Below are positions 58,901 to 64,000 of a stretch of DNA of 64,000 bases, piece after piece. The position numbers and the translations under genes are program-made. The stretch spans positions 9,116,001 to 9,180,000 of the forward strand of contig CM075989.1 of NCBI GenBank assembly GCA_038087875.1. Reading direction: 5' to 3'. Each line of letters opens with the position of its first letter. Position 1 is the first letter of the stretch. Under the pieces are notes generated by a model. That model did not search any database and was not told where the DNA came from. It was given only the letters and a program-made list of their open reading frames with translations. The stretch comes from Malacoraja senta. Lineage: Eukaryota.

Positions 58901-61034
58901 GCAGTGATGGCAGGAAACAGGCCCTTCGGCCCATCGGGTCTCTGCTGGTGCTTACACCCCTGTGACTGCAGGCTGATGCTGTTGGTGCGAATGGTTTGAC
59001 ACGCACCTACCTTGATGTATTTACACTGCTGATGTGTTCAATGGATTGCAGGCTGAAGGGATCCAGTGCACCTTGACCAGTCATTCAGAAGCGCCACACT
59101 GGCAGCACCCTGGCGACACAGTGTATGCAGAGGACCTCAGGCATTTGGAAAAGCTGGTAAGCAGGTTTTACTGTTCCGTGCAACCCAAACTTTAATGTGC
59201 AATCTTTGAAGTCAGATCCTTTGATCTCCGCCAGTGACTTTCATCTCTTTATTAAGTGAAACATTCTGCACACTGTTCCTTTCCTAATCCTTCTGGGCTT
59301 TATTTCCTCTGCTGAGATCATTTTGGCTTTTCGCTTTCTATCATCACTTTCTGCTCTTCCCCCAGAGTCCCATGGGAAGGATGCGTTGTGGAGGAGGAGA
59401 GATTTCTGTTCCACAGCTCTTCCCCCTCCACCCCCCCCCCCCCCTTCCCGGAGTGCCCCCTGTCCTTGCCCAGACTGCAAGTGGCATCTCCACCTTTACC
59501 CGCACCCACACACCCCTGACTGACCTCCGAAAGAAATCGGGAGCCACTGTACTGATGAATATTTCACACAAGGGTACTGAGACCAGCTGACACAAGTGAG
59601 GAATAAAACTTAACTCTAAACAGGGGAACAGGGTGAGAATGGAGTAGCAACTGCTGCAAATTTACATGGAGGATATTCTGTGTGTCCACTCCACTGAGAG
59701 GCACTTGCAACATTTGACATTGTAGGGATTGGATAAATGCAATTTGTTATTAAGGTATAGAATGGCCTAACGCAATCAGCTTTGGGAGGTCGGCTGCAAG
59801 GGAAAGCTGGATGGCAAAACAATTAACTTTGTGGATGTTCAGCCGGATCTTGGGGTCCATGTCCGTAGACTTTAGGATTTGGAGGTACAGCACAGCAGGC
59901 CCTTCAGCCCACCAAGTCCATGCCGACCAGCGATCACCCCGTGCACTAACACTATTCTACACACAAGGGATAGTTTACAATTTTACCGAAGCCAATTAAC
60001 CGACAAGCTTGTATGTCTTTGTGTGGGAGGAAACCAGCGCACCTGGGGAAAACCCACACGGTCACAGGGAGAATGTACAAACTCCATACGGGTTGCATCC
60101 GCAGTCAGGATTGTCCCTAGTGTGTAGGATAGTGTGTGTGTATGGGGATCGCACAGTTGTGGGATGGAACAAAATGTTTTAAATCAGATCTGTGATGAGA
60201 CACGACCGTCACTAAAAACAAATGTTGCTCCCTTCGTAAATATGTTTGCATAAAATAGCCAAAATCAGAACAAAAATAACCTGATATATGTGATCATTCA
60301 GCGCTGTCTCAATTTCCAATTAACAGGCGATCTTTAAAGTTTGACCACTGCAATTCACTATAAAAACAGAAAATGCTGCAGATGCTCGACAGGTCGGGCT
60401 ACATCTGTGGAGAGAGAAATGGTTATCAATTCATGTCAATGATCCTTCATCACGACATTGGCTCCCACTTATTGTCCATGGTTCACCAGCCTCCTCTGGG
60501 TCTCATATTTTACTCCCCCTTCCCCCTCCCCCCTTCCCCCTCCCCCCTCCTTCCCACCCTACCTGGATCCCCTTCCATCGACCAGTTCTAGATTTAACTC
60601 CCCATATTCTTTCCTTATCAAATTCCACATGTACCCCCTTTTGTCTTCTCTACTTCATCTCCAACCCGTATCCACACACCCCCACCCGGACTCATCTCCC
60701 ACTCAAATCCTCCTTGCCTGCATCCACTCGCTCTTTCCCCAGCCCTTCACCTCCCCTAACTCTACCAGCCTCCTCTACTCCACTCCATCCGTCTGAAGAA
60801 GGGTCCCGACCAGAGACGTTGTTTGTCCATTCCCTTCTCTGGATGTTGCCTGGCCCACTGGGTTCCTGCAGCATTTTGTCGTTTGCTCGGTTTAACCGTG
60901 AATGTTTTCCCTGCCGACAGGATGCTGGCAATGCCAAGTGCACTCTCATCATGTGCGAAGTGAAGAATTTTAAAAGTAACGAGGAGTACATCATTCATGT
61001 TTCTGGAAGACTCTTGACTGATTCACTAAAGACT
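6721..61034 (+). CDS. ITGA11: Integrin alpha-11-like (alpha-10/alpha-11 subfamily), partial multi-exon CDS: 17 exons, 703 aa, propeller FG-GAP repeats to calf-2; gene extends beyond both window ends
   Basis: Exons joined by hand stay in frame with GT-AG boundaries. Motifs [102 protein letters not shown] and [12 protein letters not shown] match vertebrate ITGA11 as I recall it. ITGA11 versus ITGA10 orthology is unresolved (see findings). Confidence 0.9.
7065..7520 (-). mobile_element. CR1/HER1-type LINE 3' fragment
   Basis: Minus strand ...[11 protein letters not shown]...; 3' tail shared with the SINE (GGGCCAAAGGGCCTG). Confidence 0.8.
8346..8698 (-). mobile_element. Retroposon fragment with L2-type 3' tail and (ATT)n
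   Basis: Minus-strand end TGTAAGGTGTCCTTGAGAC...AGGCGCCCTTAAATAAAATCT(ATT)n; shares a hairpin module with 19146-19205. Confidence 0.55.
9903..10051 (+). CDS. ITGA11: Integrin alpha exon (149 nt): [50 protein letters not shown]
   Basis: Acceptor tttcgcag, donor gttagt; phase matches the previous exon. Confidence 0.93.
10540..11390 (-). mobile_element. HE1-like SINE carrying nested Vingi-tail and MITE insertions
   Basis: The SINE halves rejoin across 10754-11319. Confidence 0.8.
10773..11278. mobile_element. PIF/Harbinger-type MITE with about 140-bp TIRs
   Basis: AGGGCCTGTCCCACGAGCATGCGAC ... GTCGCATGCTCGTGGGACAGGCCCA; TTA on the left side only. Confidence 0.82.
11537..11677 (+). CDS. ITGA11: Integrin alpha exon (141 nt): [47 protein letters not shown]
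   Basis: Acceptor ctttcag, donor gtaatt; DxNxDGxxD Ca-binding loop. Confidence 0.95.
13070..13651. mobile_element. GC-rich probable hAT-type non-autonomous DNA element inserted in a SINE
   Basis: Splits the SINE at 12965-13868; right end CCCGGGTTTTCCGCCCC; GGGGACATGTCCCC palindrome; AAAACATGG(G/A)GGGG at both ends; TSD unclear. Confidence 0.45.
14082..14285 (+). CDS. ITGA11: Integrin alpha exon (204 nt): [68 protein letters not shown]
   Basis: Acceptor ttttacag, donor gtacga; FG-GAP repeat with Ca-binding loop. Confidence 0.95.
16842..17082. mobile_element. PIF/Harbinger-type MITE, TTA TSD
   Basis: TTA|AGGGCCTGTCCCACTTGGGCGTC...GACGCCCAAGTGGGACAGGCCCT|TTA; removal restores the host agatTTAaggt. 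Confidence 0.88.
17139..17563. mobile_element. PIF/Harbinger-type MITE, TAA TSD
   Basis: TAA|AGGGCCTGTCCCACTTAG...CTAAGTGGGACAGGCCCT|TAA. Confidence 0.88.
17866..18281. mobile_element. Probable Tc1/mariner-pogo (Tigger-like) non-autonomous element
   Basis: TA|CAGGTTCACCACCGATTTTCCG start, degenerate ...GGAAAAG...CTG|TA end, CCGG-rich interior. Confidence 0.4.
18705..18846 (-). mobile_element. Short (142-bp) non-autonomous retroelement with (GAA)n tail, Vingi-like 3' end
   Basis: 13-bp TSD CGCACCCTGAACC at 18692-18704 and 18847-18859; 3' end CTACAACTTTAGGCCGTGTACGCCATACGCAAGAAGAAG. Confidence 0.75.
19024..19853 (-). mobile_element. GC-rich non-coding retroposon with (TATC)n tail, inserted in a SINE
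   Basis: Splits the SINE at 18885-19945; minus-strand end TGACAATAAATGTTTATC(TATC)n; CpG-rich body with no credible ORF. Confidence 0.65.
20859..20975. mobile_element. Truncated PIF/Harbinger-type MITE, same family as 16842-17082
   Basis: TAA|AGGGCCTGTCCCACTTGGGCGTCATTTGCG; only one end is present. Confidence 0.7.
21411..21545 (-). mobile_element. 5'-truncated Vingi/ingi-like LINE: ORF C-terminus plus 3' tail
   Basis: 10-bp TSD CGCTATAACT at 21401-21410 and 21546-21555; minus strand reads [33 protein letters not shown] then the same tail as 18705-18846; clade assigned from recall. Confidence 0.65.
21639..21769 (+). CDS. ITGA11: Integrin alpha exon (131 nt): [44 protein letters not shown]
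   Basis: Acceptor ctttacag, donor gtttgt; last propeller blade. Confidence 0.93.
22844..23010 (+). CDS. ITGA11: Integrin alpha exon (167 nt): [56 protein letters not shown]
   Basis: Acceptor catcag, donor gtgagt; start of thigh domain. Confidence 0.92.
23315..23842. mobile_element. Foldback element of two inverted Penelope terminal repeats, interrupted by a Harbinger-type MITE
   Basis: ggcagcatctctggatagaaggaatgggtgaagtttcgggtcaagaccctt is mirrored by aagggtctcgaccagaaacgtcacccattccttctatccggagatgctgcc. Confidence 0.75.
23353..23683. mobile_element. PIF/Harbinger-type MITE, TTA TSD
   Basis: TTA|AAGCCCTGTCCCACTGTACG...CGTACAGTGGGACAGGGCTA|TTA; same family as 37018-37347. Confidence 0.88.
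24374..24516 (+). CDS. ITGA11: Integrin alpha exon (143 nt): [48 protein letters not shown]
   Basis: Acceptor atttag, donor gtaagt; ERRxTPRA and FHVL motifs. Confidence 0.92.
25325..25935 (+). mobile_element. Older Penelope-like fragment ([24 protein letters not shown]) with nested and inverted terminal-repeat pieces
   Basis: Similarity to the 1430-1945 endonuclease end and to the terminal repeat. Confidence 0.65.
26180..26475 (-). mobile_element. HE1-like SINE
   Basis: Full reverse-complement copy. Other - copies at about 3755-4830 (split), 12965-13868 (split), 27730-27950, 41785-41910 and 59866-60110. Confidence 0.85.
26501..26599 (+). mobile_element. Solo Penelope terminal-repeat insertion with hammerhead-like motif
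   Basis: CTGAAGAAGGGTTTCGGCCCGAAACGTT at 26504; flanked by AGTTAATT at 26493-26500 and 26600-26607. Confidence 0.75.
27035..27145 (+). CDS. ITGA11: Integrin alpha exon (111 nt): [37 protein letters not shown]
   Basis: Acceptor gtcccag, donor gtgggt; DYVKP and GPxLDDGWP motifs. Confidence 0.92.
27200..27510 (+). mobile_element. HE1-like SINE
   Basis: GCGGCACGGTGGCACAGCGGTAGAGTT head, GGTTCGATCC B box, standard tail. Confidence 0.85.
28266..28708. mobile_element. PIF/Harbinger-type MITE, TAA TSD, inside a CR1 fragment
   Basis: TAA|AGGGGCTGTCCCACTTGGGCGACCTAAT...ATTAGGTCGCCCAAGTGGGACAGCCCCT|TAA; internal CTTCGAC/CTACGAC repeats. Confidence 0.88.
30048..31028 (+). mobile_element. Rex1/Babar-type LINE, 5'-truncated (RT C-terminus, frameshifted)
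   Basis: KYADDMALV...[11 protein letters not shown]...[11 protein letters not shown]...[23 protein letters not shown] plus (TCTGAA)n tail; ATTTA duplicated at 30043-30047 and 31029-31033 within a CR1 fragment. Confidence 0.85.
31605..32125 (-). mobile_element. CR1-type LINE 3' fragment
   Basis: [16 protein letters not shown]...[14 protein letters not shown]...TRGHSLRI...RRNF. Further CR1 ends at about 8700, 14560, 15435, 23945, 24710, 28040, 29925/31030, 36560, 40205, 41985, 43195, 50305, 52280, 53685, 57640 and 62290. Confidence 0.85.
32661..32746 (+). CDS. ITGA11: Integrin alpha exon (86 nt, genu): [29 protein letters not shown]
   Basis: Acceptor aatgcag, donor gtgagt; CxxDxxCxxDL genu motif; absent from the ORF track. 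Confidence 0.92.
33393..33625. mobile_element. Foldback element of two inverted Penelope terminal repeats
   Basis: Arms gctggagtaactcagtgggtcaggcagcatctcaggaga...cttcagact and agtctgaaga...tctcctgagatgctgcccgacctgctgagttactccagc. Confidence 0.7.
34031..34172 (+). CDS. ITGA11: Integrin alpha exon (142 nt): [48 protein letters not shown]
   Basis: Acceptor tttttcag, donor gtgagt; LENxxENAY calf-1 motif. Confidence 0.92.
34215..34418. mobile_element. PIF/Harbinger-type MITE, TAA TSD
   Basis: TAA|GGGGCCTGTCCCACTTG...CAAGTGGGACAGGCCCT|TAA, about 40 bp downstream of an exon donor. Confidence 0.85.
34945..35246. mobile_element. PIF/Harbinger-type MITE, left terminus missing; reverse-orientation relative of 23353-23683
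   Basis: Right end CTCGTACAGTGGGACAGGCCCT|TTA; body is the reverse complement of the 23353 family. Confidence 0.8.
37018..37347. mobile_element. PIF/Harbinger-type MITE, TTA TSD, inside a SINE head
   Basis: gccTTA|AACCCCTGTGCCATGGTACGAG...CTCGTACCGTGGGACAGGGCTA|TTAcagcgcc; removal restores the SINE gccttacagcgcc. Confidence 0.88.
37935..38452 (+). mobile_element. Rex1/Babar-type LINE 3' fragment
   Basis: LTGCIVAWF...[14 protein letters not shown]...[10 protein letters not shown]...[10 protein letters not shown]...[24 protein letters not shown] plus (CTTGAA)n tail; nested in a CR1 endonuclease remnant. Confidence 0.85.
38866..39406 (+). mobile_element. Penelope-like retroelement 3' fragment with 16-bp target-site duplication
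   Basis: [32 protein letters not shown] (GIY-YIG); flanked by AACATGATGCCAAGAC at 38850-38865 and 39407-39422, inside a CR1 tail. Confidence 0.88.
39282..39309 (+). ncRNA. Minimal type I hammerhead ribozyme-like motif in the Penelope terminal repeat
   Basis: CUGAAGA-A-GGG(CUUCGA)CCC-GAAAC-GUC: intact core boxes, stem II, palindromic ACGU stem III. Confidence 0.65.
39725..40207 (+). mobile_element. Rex1/Babar-type LINE 3' fragment (degenerate)
   Basis: [14 protein letters not shown]...[13 protein letters not shown]; related tails at 9190-9385, 31360-31582 and 44825-44880. Confidence 0.75.
41306..41404 (+). CDS. ITGA11: Integrin alpha exon (99 nt): [33 protein letters not shown]
   Basis: Acceptor gttacag, donor gtagga; CxVxYPxFR motif. 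Confidence 0.9.
43195..43550 (+). mobile_element. CR1/HER1-type LINE 3' fragment
   Basis: [31 protein letters not shown], then the conserved tail with (ATGACT)n. Confidence 0.8.
44470..44546 (+). CDS. ITGA11: Integrin alpha exon (77 nt): [26 protein letters not shown]
   Basis: Acceptor ctctgcag, donor gtgacg; VAFRLxFEF motif. Confidence 0.9.
48019..48108 (+). CDS. ITGA11: Integrin alpha exon (90 nt): [31 protein letters not shown]
   Basis: Acceptor cgttcag, donor gtacgt; SDSxE..TxxDN..YxAD motif. Confidence 0.9.
48225..48875 (+). mobile_element. Old Rex1/Babar-type LINE 3' fragment
   Basis: Degenerate similarity to 37935-38452 and 39725-40207. Confidence 0.6.
50051..50300. repeat. 36-bp minisatellite GGATCTGATTGGTCAAAGGGATGGGTCGAGTGTGAT, about 6.5 copies
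   Basis: Near-identical head-to-tail units starting at 50051, 50087, 50123, 50159, 50195 and 50231. Confidence 0.95.
50802..50892 (+). CDS. ITGA11: Integrin alpha exon (91 nt): [31 protein letters not shown]
   Basis: Acceptor ggacag, donor gtaagg; phase fits both neighbours; an alternative in-frame acceptor would start the exon at 50772. Confidence 0.82.
52871..53232. repeat. Compound (CA)n microsatellite with GGA/GA/TA interruptions
   Basis: Seen directly in the sequence. Confidence 0.95.
56429..56542 (+). CDS. ITGA11: Integrin alpha exon (114 nt): [38 protein letters not shown]
   Basis: Acceptor gttgcag, donor gtgagt; QNLG..P....GNRLL calf-2 pattern. Confidence 0.88.
56570..57055 (-). 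mobile_element. Rex1/Babar-type LINE 3' fragment
   Basis: Minus-strand [34 protein letters not shown]; same tail family as 39725-40207. Confidence 0.75.
58497..58800 (+). mobile_element. HE1-like SINE
   Basis: Near-consensus full copy. Confidence 0.85.
59052..59156 (+). CDS. ITGA11: Integrin alpha exon (105 nt): [35 protein letters not shown]
   Basis: Acceptor attgcag, donor gtaagc; Cys plus EDLR..L as in ITGA10/11. Confidence 0.82.
60921..61034 (+). CDS. ITGA11: Integrin alpha exon (114 nt): [38 protein letters not shown]
   Basis: Acceptor ccgacag, donor gtaagt; calf-2 Cys pair and G.L...SLK. Confidence 0.87.
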
Positions 61035-63454
61035 GTAAGTGCATCCATGGAGAACGTTTGGCCCATGTTGGCAACTTGAATCTGTGAAGGATGTCAGACC
61101 CCCATCTCTTGGGTTAGGGACATTTTGTTTTCAGTTTGGTGATGACCCACTTGCCACACTGTTCAGCACAGAAGGGAGGTACAGTGGCCGTGCTGTCGAG
61201 CTGCTGCCTCCCAGCGGCAGAGATCCAGGTTCAATGTGTGGAGGGAGGGGGGGGGAGGGCCTGTGTGGAGTTTACACATTCTCCCTGTTACCGCCTGGGT
61301 TTCTTCCGGGTGCTCCGGTTTCCTCTCACGTGTGGATTTGTAGCTTAATTGGCCTCTTTAAAACGAAGTGCCACAAATGTGTAGAGGGAGGGGTGAGAAA
61401 GTGGGATAGCGTACAACTGGTGTGAACCGGTGATCGGTGGTCAGCGTGGACTCGGTGGGCCGAGGGGCCTGTTTCCAAACTATATCTCTTATATTAAAAA
61501 CAAGTATTGCCACTGATTTGGAGAGCTGTGGGTTCAAGTCCACCCTATAGATTTGGACATCAAATTGAGACGGACTCTGAGGGAGGGCTGCGCTGTTCAG
61601 AGGTGTCAGCATTTAGATGAGATGCGAGAGCAAGCCCTCGGCTGGGTGCAAACCCACGGCACTGTTCTGAAGAGGAACAGGGGAGCTTTCCTTGAGTCTT
61701 GGCCAAAGTTTTTATTCATTAACCAACTTCACCCCAATGTACGATTACCATGCTTACAGTGGTGTGGTGGGAGCCGTACTGCTCCCTTATTATAACAACA
61801 TGCATATTTTAAAAGGTACGTCATTGACTGTAAAGGACTCTAAATTGCCAAGAGACACACGTCTGCAGATGCTGGAACCTTTCACAAAAAAAAACCAACT
61901 GCTGGAGGAACTTACTGAGTCGGGCAGCATCTATAGAGAGAAACAGACAGATGATAATTGTAGATCGGCACCATTAAGATCAATGGAGTAGCGGAGTTCC
62001 AAGCTGAAATGTCATCAATCCATTTCCCTCCACATATGCTGCCTGACCCTCCAACACTTTGTTTGTTGAGATGGCCTGAAATTGTCAGACTCGTGACCTT
62101 ATGCTTTGTCCATTTGAGAGTGCAGGCTGTCTGCTAGGTTTATCCCAACACCACTGACTGTGCAATGCTCCTTCAGTGCTGCCAGCTTGCATTATGTACT
62201 CAAGTCTCAGTAATACAAAAGGACACAAAATGCTAGAGTTACTCAGCCAGTCGGGCAGCATCTCTGGAGAACATGGACAGACTCGATCCATATTTCCACT
62301 AGTGGGAGAGTCTAGGACCAGAGGACAGAGCCTCAGAATGAACGGACATACCTTTAGAAAGGAGATGAAGAGGAATTTCTTTAGTCAGAGGGTGGTTAAT
62401 CTGTGGAATTCATTGCCATAGAAGGCTGTGGAACACAAGTCAATTGGTATTTTTAAAGCGGAGATTGACAGATTCTTGATTCATAGAGGTGTCAGTCATT
62501 ATGGGGAGAAGGCAGGAGATTGGGGTTGGGAGGGAAAGATAGATTAGCTATGATTGAATGGCGGAATAGACGATGGTCCGAATGGCCAAATTCTACTCCT
62601 GTAACTTATGAACTTACGTTCTCCAGAGATGCTGCCTGACCCACAGAGTTACTCCAGCACTTAGTTTAGTTTAGTGAAACAGCGCGTAAACAGGCCCTTC
62701 AGCCCACTGAGCCTACGCTGACCAGCGATCCTCCACACTTTGTGCCCTTTGTTGTCAACCAGCATCTGCAGTTCCTTGTTTCTCAGCAACATAAGTTGAC
62801 ACCACGACGTTCAGCCTCCCAGGTGAGAGTGCTCTCCCCACGTCCCAGCTTATGCCAGGGCAGCTGAACCCTCACATTTCTGAATTATAAAACCTAAAAT
62901 CAATGGGATGCATGTTGACTTCAGTCAACCGATTTTCAGGATAATTTCAGACGGATAAATGATGTCTGGATTTCATTTACATTCCAAATTCCTTAGTCTT
63001 GCTCCATCCTGAATAAGACGGCATTTTTGGGGGGAAACCATGCATTAATATTGTTTTCCACGAGAAAAAGACTTCATGCCTAAAGCCACAAGTCTGAAAT
63101 CATCCTTAAAGTTGCTGGGGAAAACTGCTGATCTTCAGATACATCGACATATGAAGTCCAACACTGTTGGAATTTATCAAATCGATTCAATATGAGTTTC
63201 TCGTTTCTTCTTCTGGACCAGATTGTTCAAATGACAACTTTTTACAAAATAAATGTTAGATGTTATGTTTCGCGGCCATCTGGATCTGTTGCTTTGCAAA
63301 CCAGTAAATCTTTAAATAGACATGGGTGGTTATTTGAAGACAAACAATGTAAGAAAAACTCTCTGACTTTGGTTTACCGCTGTTATTTGTATAATCTTAT
63401 CTGTTCCTCATTCCTCGTCCCTGTATGTTCTCAAGGGAATAGTGTAAACAAGAA

Positions 63455-63870
63455 GCAAACACAAAGTGCTGGAAGAACTCAGCCAGTCAGGCAGCATCTG
63501 TGGAAGGAATGGACAGGCGACATTTTGGGCTAGGACCCATCTGCTGACTGGTTGTGGTCGGGGTGAGAAAGCTGGAAAAGGGGGGGGGGGAACAAAGCTT
63601 GGCAAGTGATAGGTGAATAGAGGTGAGGGGGGTTTGATTAACTGATGGGTGGACAAAGGGGTGAGATGAAGAGGAGACAAAAGGATGTCAGATAATGAGA
63701 GAGGAGGAGTGAACTGTAAAGATAGAGGGAGGGATAGAAATTGAAGAGAGCGTGAGGAGAAGAAGGGCAGATTAGTGGGAGAAATGGACTGAGGGCTCAG
63801 GAAAGAAGTAGGGGAAGGAGGGGGTGTTATATAAAATTGGAGAATTCAATGTGTGCTGCTTGTCAGGCTT
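63455..63870 (-). mobile_element. Degenerate Penelope-like 3' UTR and terminal repeat
   Basis: Reverse complement resembles the 25400-25650 pyrimidine-rich UTR; includes ggagaattcaatg (endonuclease end) and the terminal repeat. Confidence 0.55.
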
Positions 63871-64000
63871 TGTCAGTAAACAAAGAAGTATTAGAGGGAG
63901 ATGAGGTAAATATAAAATGTCACCAAGGGGGACTTGGAAGTCGATGCTTGAAAAGGTGGAAGAGGTTCACATATAAACAGCGTTTGGGTGTGTACTTGAA

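Noticed and set aside
63200..63330. Good-looking acceptor followed by IVQMTTFYKINVRC..., a candidate next integrin exon
   Set aside because: No resemblance to the expected next exon or to the transmembrane/GFFKR-type exon, and no convincing donor

Overview
This is eukaryotic vertebrate DNA. Its repeats (HE1-like V-SINE, CR1/HER1 LINE tails, Penelope remnants) point to a cartilaginous fish, probably a skate or ray (inference). The window lies inside one + strand gene for a collagen-binding integrin alpha chain of the alpha-10/alpha-11 group. I traced 17 GT-AG exons from 6721 to 61034. They join in phase into an open 2109-nt (703-aa) segment covering the C-terminal beta-propeller FG-GAP repeats and the thigh/calf domains. 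The N-terminus, I-domain and transmembrane exons are outside the window. The introns are packed with nested transposable elements: about 30 tRNA-derived SINEs; many CR1 and Rex1/Babar LINE 3' ends; Penelope-like GIY-YIG fragments whose terminal repeats carry minimal hammerhead-ribozyme motifs, often as foldback pairs; 10 PIF/Harbinger-type MITEs of several families sharing one TIR, six with a common internal palindrome; and a Vingi-like LINE with its short structured partner. There is also a 36-bp CCAAT minisatellite and a compound CA microsatellite. No prokaryotic system or CRISPR array is present. Nearly all ORFs in the supplied track are chance ORFs in repeats. Coordinates were counted by hand, and repeat boundaries are approximate unless a TSD is given.
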